NCBI RefSeq assembly: GCF_048593235.1 | Contig: NC_133619.1 | Coordinates: 268,598,454-268,662,453 of the forward strand | Origin: Sminthopsis crassicaudata | Taxonomy: Eukaryota | Length of the DNA stretch: 64,000 bases | Reading direction: 5' to 3' | In this document: positions 1-12,406 of the stretch, in pieces | Layout: every line of letters begins with the position of its first letter | Numbering within the stretch: position 1 is the first letter of the stretch | Translations under genes and position numbers: made by a program | The notes under the pieces: model-generated | The model's input: only the letters and a program-made list of their open reading frames with translations | Database searches by the model: none | Told to the model about the DNA's origin: nothing

Positions 1-1712
1 TAGAGTATTTAGTTTCCAAAGAATTCTTAATCTATATTTCCACTTCCCTTTATTAAATATAATTTTATTGAATTATGATATGAAAAGAATGCATTTAGTA
101 TTTCTGCTTTTCTGCACTTGATTATGAGGTTTTTGTGTCCTAATACGTGGTCAGTTTTTGCATAGGTGCCATGTACTGCTGAGATAAAGGTATATTTATT
201 TCTTTTCCCATTCAATTTTTTTCTAGCATATCTAACTTAAAAAAAAATTCTATTCATCTTTTGTTGTTGTTGTTGTTGTTAGATTTGTCTAGTTCTGCCA
301 GGAGGAAAGTTGAGTGGCCCCACTAATATAGCTTTATTATCTGTTTCTTCCTATAACTCATGTAACATTATCTTTTAAAATGTAGATACTATACTATTTG
401 CTGGATATAGACTTAGTACTGATATGACTTCATGTACCTTTTATATGTGCTTTTATTTTTAGCAAGATAATCTTACCTTATCTCTTTTCCCCTCCTCTTT
501 ATCTCCTTTAATGAACTATTTTTTGCTTTTGCTTTATCAAAGATCATGGTTACTACCTGTTTTTTTTTTTTTTTTAATCTTCAACTGAACCATAATTAAT
601 ACTATTCCAACCCCTTACTTTTACTCTGTATGTATCTACCTTTCAAATGTGTTTCTTGTAAACAGCATATTGTAGGATTTTGCTCCCTGCTTCTATTTTT
701 TGGGTAAGTTCAACCTATTCACATTTATAGCTATCATAACAATCTATTTCCCTCCATCCTATTTTCCCTTTCTTCCTTCTCTCTCTTACCTTTTACCCCA
801 TTCTTTCTCACAAGTGTTTTATTTATGATCACTACTTCCCCCAATTTGCCCTCCCTTCTATCAGTAATCTCCACCTCCTATTCTTATTCCCATCCCTTTT
901 TACTTCCCTATAGGGTAAGATTTCTATGTCCAACTGACTATACATATTATTCCCTTTTTGAGCCAATTCTGATTACAGTAAGCTTCAAGTATTGCCTGTC
1001 ACCTTCACACTTTTTTCTCCATTGTAATTGTAATTTCATGTGTAAAAATTTATCCCATTCTTTCTCCCCCTGCACTCTTCTCCCAGTGCAATACTCTTTA
1101 TCACACCCTATGTCTATATATACTCTTTCTAATTGTCATTGTAGTGATAAAGTCCTTAACTGGTCCTTCTCAAGGCTGCATATTTAAGCCTATTACTCTG
1201 CCCTGGAATGGAAAACAAATTCAAGAATTTGATCCTCCTCTGAGGGCCCACTGCCAGCAGGATCCCAGAAGTTCTGCTATTATACTTATCAGATATTTGC
1301 TCACTCCTTCTCCTGTATAGCTGCAGCCTGGACTGCACCTGGTTAGCACTTCTGGCCCTGGCATGCAGTGACTGGAGAGGATCCTTCAGACTTCCCCAGC
1401 TCAGCTGTCTACCCTCAAACTGTTCCTAGAGTGAAAATTTCTACTGAGGAGATTGTTGCCTATCCCCTGTTCCCTACCACCTCCCCCCTCCCCCTTGTTT
1501 TCTGTTTATTCAGCAGAGTTTATCTTTAATCAGGTCAAACTTCTGCCCTTATAGGTTGGACCTTAAGATCCTTCCCAGTTGTCTTAAGAGGACAAATGCT
1601 TTACTCTGACTTTTAATTATTTCTGTAGCTTAAAATTTTGTGGCAATATTTTTATTGTGTTTGTGGGAGAATTTTGGAGAACCTGGTTTTTCCTGTCTTA
1701 CTCCACCATCTT
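1..1712 (-). mobile_element. Degenerate L1: ORF2 endonuclease N-terminus, inter-ORF region and 5'UTR (internally deleted)
   Basis: Minus-strand translation gives L1 APE-endonuclease-like segments: YTFISAVHGTYAKTDHVLGH (ORF 27-215), PTICCLQET (~646-677) and AINVNRLNLP (~705-740). The minus strand begins aagatggtggagtaag at 1712, typical of an L1 5' start. Confidence 0.8.
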
Positions 1713-1719
1713 CTCAGAA

Positions 1720-1900
1720 TCTTTTCTCTGCCTGTTTCTTTTCTAAGTTTTTTTTCTTCACTGATTTTATTTATGTACAAATTTTTGATTTTAGATAATC
1801 CAAACTGTTTATTTTACCTTCTATGATCTTCTCTATTGTTTGTTTGGTCATGATTTCTGCTGCTATCTATAGATCTGAAAGAATTTTCCTGTCATACTCT
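1720..1900 (-). mobile_element. L1 ORF2 internal fragment
   Basis: Minus strand reads KIIEGKINSLDYLKSKIC, resembling the L1 ORF2 K.KIDKWDLIKLKSFC region. Confidence 0.55.
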
Positions 1901-1949
1901 TGATTTTTTTTTTTTTGTATGATGTTCTGTGTTTATGTCTTTTATGTCC

Positions 1950-2555
1950 TTCTGCTGAAGCCTATAGGTTTTAGATGTTTTCAAAGTGGTGTGATTGAGG
2001 AAGAAATCCATTCACTTTTTTGGTCTGTGACCTTCAAATTCCTGAATTATATTGGGATCTATTGGTTTGTGTGTGATTGAATTTCCATAAACTGCTACTG
2101 GATTCAGTCACAGATTGCTGGGAGGTTCTGCAGGTTTATAGTGACTGAACTGCTGGCATCCTCTTAGCCTGCCCTTAGTCTACTGTAGGTTTATGTGAAC
2201 CATTAAAAGTTAGAACTGACCTCACTCTTCATCCCCTTGGGCTCAGAGCCACACAGCTAAGCTCTTTGAATTTATCTTATTCTTTACCCAGTTCTTTGTG
2301 ACCAAGACTATAACTGATTCTGCCCTGGAACTGGGTAATGGGTGACAGAGCTGGGATGCTCTTTTAACCAGCCCTTACCCCATTATCTGTAGACTTTTCT
2401 GTCTGTCTAAGATACCTTGGATGGGAAAAATGACTCACTGTGGCTTTTCTTAGCTTTCCTAATCAGAATTTGGTCTGGCATCCTTTCTAGGGTTATAGTA
2501 GAGGAACTAAGGCAAAAAAAAAAAAAAAAAAAATGCTGCCTCCCACTTTATCTTG
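1950..2555 (-). mobile_element. Second L1 5'UTR relic
   Basis: Same marsupial L1 5'UTR-like phrasing as 1190-1712 and 24990-25490; ends at a start-like cccactttatctt. Boundaries approximate. Confidence 0.5.
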
Positions 2556-3229
2556 ATTCTGTCCTGCTCTGGGTGATTGAAGGATCATACCAATGACTTG
2601 TAACCTAACCCCCCAATATCATGTACTATCGTCTTTATATACTCACTAGTAATCAAAAAGCCTTGTCAGTGGTTTGTGTACTAGTCTCCTAGACCAATGA
2701 GAAATTCTCAGGGACAATTTCCCTGCTTCTTAAGGAAAAATTATACTAGTTTACATAGTAGGTACCCTTGAAATTATTGCTGTTGCTACGGTGATGTATA
2801 TTTAGAAACAGATTTTGTGTATGTGTATTTATCTGCCTTCAACTTTTTCTTTTGGCAAATTTGAGTTCTTTAGTTTAATGGGTAGGAGATGTTCATTTTA
2901 TCTTCATGTCTCCAGCACTTAGTGCTTGGTAGTGCAATATTTTTTTAATTGAATTGAAATTCAAACTGTCCTTACTAGATGGCTGTGAGAACATAACTAA
3001 CGTTCATATTTACATATACACATACATGTATACATATATGTGTATACATGTCTGCATCTGTATATATGTGTGTTCTTTTCTGTCTTTTAAAACAGCATAC
3101 TATTTTATGAACTTTATACCTTGTTCCTTTTATATAGTCTTGGTAAGTAATCACCAATGTCTTGCTAAATAATTTAAGAATTTGAAACAGTTTAAAATTA
3201 AACTGTGTCTCACTTTATTTATTTTCCAG

Positions 3230-3398
3230 TAATAAATGAGGAGGAAGAAGAGGAAGGAAGATGATCAGCATCATCAGATTAAAATAACAGACCAACAGAA
3301 AAAGAAAGCATATATTGGACCTATATAGCAATTGAATTTTATCTAGTTTGTAAAATTGGTTTAAATAGTCTAATAAACAGTTTAATGATTAATGATCA
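3230..3398 (+). other. Candidate terminal exon (acceptor, xINEEEEEEGR-stop, 3'UTR, AATAAA)
   Basis: ctcac branch-like motif and tttatttattttccag acceptor (AG 3228-3229). Phase-1 frame encodes INEEEEEEGR then TGA at 3262-3264. AATAAA at 3372-3377, CA at ~3397, then gttgtttttg and a T run. Confidence 0.35.
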
Positions 3399-3854
3399 GT
3401 TGTTTTTGAAATCTTTTTTTTTTTTTTTGCACATTCTTTAAGCTGAAATGTCTTGAATTGATTTTTACAGGCAGCCTATTATGATGATAGGAGCCAACTT
3501 GGAATCAGAAGACATGATGTTAAATCCTCTCCCTGCCACCCACAATACAATCTGTTCTCTGGGGCTTTTTGGTTGACCCTCACTTGTATATACAGATCAG
3601 GTCTTCTGCCATTTAAAAGAGAACCCTGAGATTCTGAGCTTTTCTAGTACTGGCATTCAGGAGTTTTTGTGTGTTTCCCATTGCTTATAGCAGAATTAAT
3701 TAGCTTTTATTAAAGGTATTTACTAAGTAGGTATATCAAGAACAGTTACAGAAACAATTCTTCCTCTGACCTGGGAGAACACTATCTTTGTACACACAAG
3801 ATCCCTGAAGAAGATGGGTTCAAATTTAAAACAGAAAAGTAGTAAGACAAAAAT

Positions 3855-4090
3855 GCAGTGTAATATAGTAATAGAATACTGAGCCCAAAGTCAGGAAGAC
3901 CTGATTTCAAATCCTTCCATAAATCTGAGGAGCTGTATGATCCCAAACAAGTCACTTACTTCTATCTGCCTTAGTTTCTACATCTATAAAATAGGGGTGA
4001 TAACAATAAAATTTATCGTCCAGAATTATTGTGAGAATAAGTTGAGATATTTGTGAAGTACTTTGAAAATTTTAAAATGCTATATAAATG
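3855..4090 (+). mobile_element. MIR-type CORE-SINE
   Basis: tRNA-like head (aagtcaggaagacctgatttcaaatcc), core (aagtcactt...agtttctacatctataaaatagggg) and MIR tail (tgctatataaatg). Confidence 0.85.
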
Positions 4091-4361
4091 TGATAAAGGG
4101 GCAGAAGTGTGCTACAAAATGGTTGATAATTGGGAAAAATGTATACATGACATACTATTAAATTTTCATTATTGACATTTTCTCCAACACTTTTGAGTCT
4201 AGATAATTAACAAAACAATAGTTCAAATACAGATTTTTTTTTTCCAATACTGATTTGTAAGGTTTGCAAGTTTACAAGACAAAATGATCACATTGAAAAT
4301 TTAATTGATTTTTTTGAACTAATATAAGCTGACTTCCCCACTTCCCTGTAAAGAGGTAACC

Positions 4362-4500
4362 CAACGGATAGTGGGCAGTGGATAGAATACTGGTCCTAAA
4401 GTTAGGAGGATCTGAATTCAAATTTGACCTCAGCTGGGCAAGGCACTTAACCCTAATTGCTTCAAAAAAAAAAAAAAAAGAAAAAAAAAAAAAAGAAAAA
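4362..4500 (+). mobile_element. Short tRNA-derived marsupial SINE with long A tail (WSINE1/SINE1-like)
   Basis: gcagtggatagaatactgg...gaattcaaatttgacctcag...ggcaaggcacttaaccctaattgc followed by a ~35 nt A-rich tail. Confidence 0.75.
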
Positions 4501-4669
4501 GGTAACTCTGATCTTGCTAACTGGAAGTCCTTTTCACTTTTTGCAGAATCTTCATGAAGAAAAATTTCCCTCATGTTTAGCTCCCTGATGGACTCCAAGG
4601 TTTGGTTCCTTCGTAGAAATCTATACTTTTCTACTCATTAAGGTCACATTTCCTGAAGTGATTTTCATC

Positions 4670-4885
4670 CTTGTGTCTGTTGTTGAGTTGTTCCCTAATG
4701 CCAATTCTTTGTGACCCCAAGGATCATTGTGTATCAGTACTGTCCATCTTGGCAAAGATATTGGAGTGATTTCTCATTTTTTTTCTTCAGGGGATGAAAG
4801 TAAATGGGTTAAGTCACTTGCCCAGAGTCAATCAGATATGAATACTGGTCTTCTTGACTCTAGTCTCAGAACTCTTTAGATTGAG
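4670..4885 (-). mobile_element. Mar1-like SINE
   Basis: Reverse complement of the RTE-like tail (cttggcaaagatattggagtg) and core (ttaagtcacttgcccagagtc). Confidence 0.65.
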
Positions 4886-7154
4886 CTGCCCCTTAGTCAC
4901 CCAGTGTGTCTAGTTGGCTCTTAATGGAAGCCTTACCTCTTAACACAGATACAATCATCAGCCACTGCTATTCCTGGTACAGAGGTAACTTTCCAAGGTC
5001 ATAAGAACATTGCTATCTTTCCTCATAAGTAGGAAAGGGAAGAGAGAATAAGAAATTCTTTCTACCCCTTCAGAGCATTTATCTCTGGTGTCCTTTATTA
5101 CTGGTTTTGACCATTAGACTGAGCAAATCATTTAACTGTTCTGAAATGCATTTCATTTGCAAAACAGGAATAATCCTTTCTCTAATAAGCCTAGCTGACA
5201 GGATTATTATTAGACTTGCCTAACTATGGTAAAACATCCTGTAAACTTTAAAGTGCTTATTATTAGTAGTAGTGTTATTATTATGGATTTTTTTTTTCTT
5301 ATTTTGTCTCATACTCTAGGAAAGTTTTCACTCAAGTTCTGTAAGATGGATGTTTCAATGTGGTGTCAAGGGGAGCTTTGGTTCTGTAGAGCTATACCAA
5401 TGAAGCACAAGGTTGTCCTACCAACCTGGAAAGGCTTCAAATATGTAAAATGTGTCAGATTTTCAATTCAATCTGGAAAGTAATTAAAGATGGTCATCTT
5501 AAGACTGCACCAGGCAGTGAAGAAAGCATTCAAATTATGGAAATTGTGTATCTTTTGGAGTTGCAAAGGAAAAAGTTCAAAGTGAATCTGTAAAAGATAG
5601 GTGCCAAGAAAGGAAGTCAGAGAAATAGCTTAATAACTTGCTAGCTTAAATTATACACCAATTGTTATTTTAGAGAATTGCAATGCATAAACTAATGGTA
5701 TTTTATGCTCAATTGATTATATCTTGGTCTTAATTGTTATTTTAACAGAAAATTCCTTCCTAGTTATTACCAATAAAGATATTATGATATTAAGATATCA
5801 GATATTAAGTTAAACTCATAATATCTTTAGCTTTAGTCATAATAGGGGAAGCTAGATCTTGTGCTTTCACATGTGGCATTGCCAAATAATTATATGGTCA
5901 CTGTAAGTGATCAGAAAGATGGTCCTAAACTATATGTTATCTATTTAGTGCTTAGTATAATTGTTTACTTACTTTTTCAAGTAAGTGATCATTTTTACTC
6001 ACCTGACTAGATAGTTTTGAATCAAAGCAAAAAGATGTATGATGATTTATTTCAGTCTGTTTAAAATTAATAGTCCTTTTTTCTCTCCTTGGAATACACC
6101 TTCCCCATAAAAAATTGCAACTGGGAAAAATTATAGTTGCATATAGAATTATGTATGGAAAATGTTTCTAAATATCTAAAACTCAATAAATTTAAAAGCA
6201 ACCAAAAAATTGAGAAGAAACAGGAAAGACTAATCATAAAAGACAACTATAAAGTCGCTTCATTAATTTTATTTAGTATAATCTACATCTCATACTTAAT
6301 ATTATAGTTTAAAATATGTTGCATATTTATTCTAGATTTTAAATGTCAGTTAGGAAGGCATTTTTAATATTTCATATTTTTTATATCTCCCTTAATAATT
6401 AGTGCAGTGTTCTGCATGTAGAAAAATGCTTACTATTTTATTGAAGTGAATCCATGCATTATGTGATTAAGATCTTGACTAAAGTTATGGTAATGTGAGA
6501 GTAGAAAAAATGTGAAATATTTGAAGGAAAATTTAAAAAGATATGCTGAATATAAAAGATTTTGGAAACCGTTAAGTCAAAAATGGAATAATTACCTTGG
6601 AAGAAAATGGAAATAGGATTTTTTTAAGTGCAACAAACACCAAACACAAATATTTAATGTAAAGTCAGAGAGAGAAAAAAAATCTATTTTTCATGTATTT
6701 TATGGAACTTCTGAGGGAAGAATAATAAAAGGGGAAAAAAAGGAAAATGAGGAGAAACAATGAAAAAAATTTTTAAAATCTTTTAAATATTTAATAGTGG
6801 AAATATTTAATTTGATCTTGTCTTAGTCTTTTTTTCCACATCAGAGACTTGCTTCTAAGTTATTACCTCCAGAAGTTATTAACCTGAATTCATAATGATA
6901 TCTTTTACATTAGACATAAAAGAGGAAGTGTTAAAAAACAGAAAATATAACATTGAAGTTTACAATATATTAGGTGTTTAAAAATATATATGTACTATTC
7001 CACTCAACATCTTTTGTTGGAATTCTAATTTAAACAGACAATTCAAATTATATATGTTTATGCTTATCTAAAATGGCAGATTCAAAACCATATTGGATAA
7101 TGATATAAGAATTTCTAATTGAAATAATTATTTCAAGATACATTTATTTTAAAA

Positions 7155-7285
7155 TAGTATATACAGCACTAAAATTAATCCTGACTTCACCACTCATTGC
7201 CTGTGTGACCTTGGAGAAATCATTTAACTTCTGAATCTCACTTTCCTTATTCATAAAATGATAGGGTTCTCTTAGGTCTATAATT
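7155..7285 (+). mobile_element. MIR core fragment
   Basis: gtgtgaccttggagaaatcatttaacttctgaatctcactttccttattcataaaatg. Confidence 0.7.
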
Positions 7286-8074
7286 TTGTCACGTATACAA
7301 GCTACAAATGCTTACTTAATAACCAAGAGGTCACATTTCTTAATCTTTCACGTCAAATTTTTGTCATCTCTCCTTTTGTAAATACATCAGCATGGCATAT
7401 TAATAGTTCCCCAAAATCCTCTAAATTTAAACTAAAATTTTAGTTGCTACAAATTGTATCTATGCATTATCACATTAAGGGATAGGCAATTTAGCTGTAC
7501 CTCCCTTTCCATTCCTCATTCTACCCATTACCATTTTCCAGCTCATTGGTTTGAAGAGAAAAGTTTCAGATGAGTACTCATAAATTATAAATAGTAAAAT
7601 TATATTGTAATAATCTTACAAAAGAGGTGATGAGGGCCTGAACTAAGGTATGTGGTGAAACAATTAGATGAAAAAAATGCTGTGAAAATAGAAATGGTAA
7701 AATCTGACAACTGATTAGAGAGGTGGAAAGAGAGAATGTGATTCTAGCTATGTATCAATGAAAAGATTTTCTAAATTGTGGGTTGCTTACACCTGTGAAG
7801 CTACAAGTTTAATAACTCCCTTTACCTACTTTAAAAATATCTTTAGAACTAGGAAACTTGCCATCACCATTAAGTGAATACATTTTGAAATCAACCTTAT
7901 ATTCTGTGTCTAAACCATATCAAGCATCACAAACTATTTTGGGAAAAGATCTTTTTAAAAGTACAACCACAAACCACCTAGAAGCAGACTCCATTTACCT
8001 CATATTTGATCCTTTTGCCTGATATTTCTGGGAGGGGTGGACAAGAAGAATAATATTTAATAACAGACTTCTTT

Positions 8075-8275
8075 CAGGTCAACTGGATGGTAGAGTGCTG
8101 GGCCTGAAGTCTTACTGAGTTAAAATCTTGCCTCAGACACTAACGATGTGACCCTGGGCAAATCACTTCACTCTGTTTGCTTCAGTTTCCTTATCTGTAA
8201 AATGAGCTGGAGAAGAAAATGGCAAACTTTACCAAGAAAACCCCAACACAGCAAAAATGATTGAAAAATGACAAC
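8075..8275 (+). mobile_element. Mar1 SINE
   Basis: CORE-SINE head and core, then the RTE-type tail gagctggagaagaaaatggcaaac...ccaagaaaacccc. Confidence 0.8.
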
Positions 8276-8968
8276 ATTTCTTTAGTGACAATCTGCAAAA
8301 TCAGTTTTGTCTTTTAATGAGTTCAGGCAATTTTCCTTAATTTAATTTCATTGACAAAGGCTGTCTTCCATACTCCACTGTTGACAACATATTTGGTTTG
8401 TGATATATTTACATTGATTTTCATTGATTATTCTTTCTAAAAGCACTCTATGAGCCTCTATATAAATGATAAGGAATGATGGATCTGAAGAGCTGGGTCA
8501 AGATCATGAAAGTGAATAACAATGAAGAAAAGAAAAAAGGTAGGAATAAATGCTGCAATGTTTCTATTCTGATTGTGCAACCTCTATAAAGGAAGGAAAG
8601 TAACAGAAGAGGAACATTTATTGCATTCTGAACAATGACAAAGACCCTTAATACCTGATAAATTGAAGGAGACAATGTTGTGTAATATGTAGAGTACAGG
8701 GGTGTAAGGTATATTCAGGGAAGACCATTAACTCTGGTGTGCCAGCTGATGACCCTCTTCAGGGCTGCTCACTCATCTTAGGGCCCACCTTCATTAACTC
8801 TCATCTGTGGTTCCAAGAATCTATAACCCAAACATTGGCCCCACCCTGGTAAATTGTTTTCACAGATTAAAAACCAAGTTGAAGATAACTAAAGGGGCTC
8901 AAACCCTTTGGTGAATTAGTAGAATTCCCCAGCAGAAAGGGCAAAAGAGAACAATTTGTTCCAATGGC

Positions 8969-9411
8969 TGTAATGTGCTGTTGTCTCCAGAAGCTGCTGA
9001 TCGCTCTCTGGGAGGAGATCTGCTGTGTCAACTCAAATCTCTTGGACAGATTCTTCTTCCTGTAGAGAACTGTTGTCTCCAGACAGTTGCCGTTAACTCT
9101 GGTCCAGAGAAGTGATTTCCCTTCCTGCAGAGAGCTGCTTCAAGTCTGGTTTAGAGCAGAGACTCCCTTTTCCTCCAGAGCTGCCCTCTTTTATCCTCCC
9201 AGAGAATGGGCCTGGGGTAATGCAAGGGCTTCTGGGAAGAGTTACTTCAACCAATGAACTTGCTCCTCCTAAGCATGCAAGCTCCTCCCCAGGAATTCAC
9301 AAGTCAAACTCCCAGGAAAGGCCAGAACTAGAAAATTGTTAAGTCCCGACTTAGCACTTAGTAAAAACCTAATATCTCATTATCTCATTAGCACTTAGTA
9401 AGAACCTAACA
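8969..9411 (-). mobile_element. Solo LTR (443 bp) with 6-bp TSD
   Basis: TG...CA ends; AATGGC at 8963-8968 and 9412-9417; TATA-like gataaaag on minus at ~9185-9193. Confidence 0.85.
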
Positions 9412-9527
9412 AATGGCCATGAAGGTGGCTGAAGCAGGTCCTGTGGAACACTTAGAGCTTGATCAAACATCAAGGATGCCAAAATCATTCACTGTATCCC
9501 AGGTCATTGTTAGTCATCTTGACTTTT

Positions 9528-9942
9528 TTTTTATTAAAAGTTTTTTTTTTATATTCAAAACATAAGCATGTATAATTTTTCAACATTAACCCTTGCAAAA
9601 CCTTGTGTTCCAATTCTCCCTCCCCTTTCCTCACCCCCTCCCTTAGATCACAAGTAATCTAATATATGTTTAAAATGGTACAAATATATGTTAATCCAAT
9701 ATATGAATACATATTTATATAATTTTCATGTTGCACAAGACAAATCAAGTCAAACAGGGAAAAAATGAGAAAGAAAATAAAATGCAAGGAAACAACAACA
9801 AAAAGTGAAAATGTGAACCACAGTCATTTCCCATAGTCAGAAGACTGTGGGTGTAGATGTATCTCTTCATCACAATATCATTGGAACTGGTCTGAATCAT
9901 CTCATTGTTGAAGAGTCAGTCATCAGAATTGATCATTGTATA
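9528..9942 (-). mobile_element. 5'-truncated L1 (3'UTR only) with 12-bp TSD
   Basis: PolyT at left end; L1 3'UTR shared with the 30094 and 50584 copies; TSD ATCTTGACTTTT at 9516-9527 and 9943-9954. Confidence 0.9.
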
Positions 9943-10894
9943 ATCTTGACTTTTGTTTTGCCACTGGATTTTGATGACTAGAAGAGAGAGTGAGGCTGGC
10001 AACTTTGTGCCTTACTTCAATCCAATTTGTGTTTGAAACAAAAGTTATCATTTACCATTTTACCATTTTTGCCTACCTCAAAATCCTGCGACAAGCAGCA
10101 AGTGACAAAGTAGCAAGTATGGATACAATGGGAACTATTGTCACAACAGGCAGCCCAGGGTCTGTCATTGAACTGAAACAGTAATAGAATTCAGCAGCTC
10201 TCTGAGTGTTTGAGCTGCCTTTTTAAGTAAGGCTCTTGCTGCTCACTTGCTAGCAAGAGGAAAGGACTAGAAAAGGTACCCTGAAAAATATCTGTTTCAC
10301 TTAATCCTGGTCTGCTTACCATGACAGCAGTTCAAAAGAAATGTGAAATGCACAAATTTCGAGACTTCTCTATTCCAAATGTTTATATAGACTATTTGTG
10401 CTCAACCTGTGGTAGAGTCTTCTGAGTTCATATTAGTCTTATCAGCAATAGTCAGACACGCTGTTCCTTGATGACTACAACATCATGATGCCATTTTGGT
10501 CTTTTTAGACAACAAAGTTGTCTAATCAATCAACCAACCACACACACACACCACTGAATTTGAGGCCCAAAGACCTGGATTCTCATAGCAGTTCTGCATT
10601 AAATAATTGTGCCTTTATAAGCATAAATTAAATAAAATGATTTCTAATATCTCTTCTTTCTCTAAAATTAGGTGATCCTGCACAATTGGGTATAGGGAGG
10701 GAAGATGTTAAATTCCTCAGCTCCCACAGTCCCATGTATGGGGTGTTGTTCCAAGAAAAAGTTCCAAAATCTAAAATAGCTTTAGAAAGAATTAGTTCCT
10801 ATTGTAGAGGAGAATAAGCTGGAAGGGATATAATAAGCTCTCATCCAGCCTTGGAAAGTTTACATTATATATGATTAAGACTACAGGTATTTTA

Positions 10895-10936
10895 CAGTCA
10901 TTTCAGGTATATGTGACTCTTCATGTCCCCATCTGG

Positions 10937-10993
<57 letters not shown>

Positions 10994-11165
10994 AAACTGG
11001 AGTGGAATGGTTTGTTGTAATGTTCATTTTCCTTCTACTCATTTTGACAGATAAAGAAACTGAAGCAAATAGAGTTAAGTGACTTACTAGTATCTGAGGC
11101 CAGATTTGAATTCAAGAAGATAACCTTCCTGACTCCAGATCTGGCCCTCTAATTACTGCACTCCT
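10895..11165 (-). mobile_element. Mar1 SINE containing a (TG)n microsatellite at 10940-10984
   Basis: Reverse tail (gtcatttcagg...actggagtggaatggtttg), core (gacagataaagaaactgaagcaaatagagttaagtgac) and head. Confidence 0.75.
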
Positions 11166-12362
11166 CAGTTTCCCTTAGACAAGGATACCTGCACACAAAT
11201 CACATGAACACAATTAAGAAATTCTGATTTGAGAGAACAATTTGACATCCTGATAGACTGAGAAGGATATGAGTAAATATAAACATTCCAATAAAATATG
11301 GGCAAAGCTGAAACACAAGGGAAACCCAAAACATAAGCTTGGGTGCATTCAAAATAAGACATAGATGTGAAGACCAAAAGTTTTGGGTTATTTCAGGATT
11401 TGTGGGAACCCAAAATTCCTTGTGACCTTTGCAGCATTCCTGTAAATTTCAGAATGTGGGGATTAAAATTATTCCCTCTACAATAAAAGAGAGTAAGATA
11501 GAGTTCTGAGCCAATGGCACTTTGTTGAAGGGTCCATGGTTTTCTCTAGTGAAGTAGACCTCAGATATTCTTCATGACCTGAAATGCCTCTTCCTTCCAG
11601 GGTCCTATTTTTATAGAGTTTGATGTCCAGTCATAGTGGAATAGCTATAACAAATACAGAATAATTCCACTGAATAAGCAAAATAATGTCATCAAGAACA
11701 CAAATTGGGGTGAAGCGACAAATATCTCCATATAAGATGGACAGGCTTCTCCTTAATTTGGGCAGGAGGAAATGGCACCAGCTATCACATCAGTGACCTA
11801 AATGGTCATAAGATAGTCATCTGTTCCTATGGTTTGGGAGTACATAAACATTTGGGGAAGATTTTCCACATAATTATGATTTCTACTACAAAAGGCAAAA
11901 CAAGGGTGGAGGATCTTTAGTTAACTTCCTATAGTTAAACAAGTAAACTTAGAATCTGCAGCTTTTATTTGATATGGTTTCTATCAAATTGATTAAAACT
12001 AATTGGAATAGAGTAGGTTCCAAATGAATTATTTCTCTCAAGAAATCCGAGTGATATTCTAGATTCAAACAAGATCTAGTTAGATTTAAACAGCATAACA
12101 AATTTTTTAAACAATATAATAAAACATTTTCCACAGTAGAGAAGCTGGAGATTGTTGATTGAGATACCCCTTCTGGAGCTACTTGAAGACATGCAGAGAG
12201 ATCAGAAAAAAACACATCATATATTCCCTGCCTCTAGAATTTTGAAACAAGTAAAATCAGACTAAAGAAAACATTAAATGGGCATCTTCAAATGGAAAAA
12301 AAAAATTACAAAAGGGTAGCATGAAACTTGGCTAGGGTAGTTAACTCCACTATTTGAGGTAA

Positions 12363-12406
12363 TCAATGGAAGGGGAGGATTTCTTCAATGGAAGGGGAGG
12401 ATTTCT
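12363..12406. repeat. Perfect 22-bp tandem duplication
   Basis: TCAATGGAAGGGGAGGATTTCT at 12363-12384 and 12385-12406. Confidence 0.95.

Larger units (their letters stand above)
8700..10050 (+). mobile_element. RTE-associated marsupial repeat (WALLSI/RTESINE-like) split into 8700-8968, 9412-9527 and 9943-10050
   Basis: The three segments rejoin across two TSD-flanked insertions. The 3' segment resembles in-window copies at 33825-34050 (minus) and 47945-48097. Confidence 0.65.

Noticed and set aside
825-1187. 120-aa plus-strand ORF
   Set aside because: Antisense to a purine-rich L1 region; low-complexity S/L/F/P composition with no domain.
5390-5593. 67-codon open frame after a TAG
   Set aside because: Weak pyrimidine tract, no recognisable motif, and a length expected by chance.
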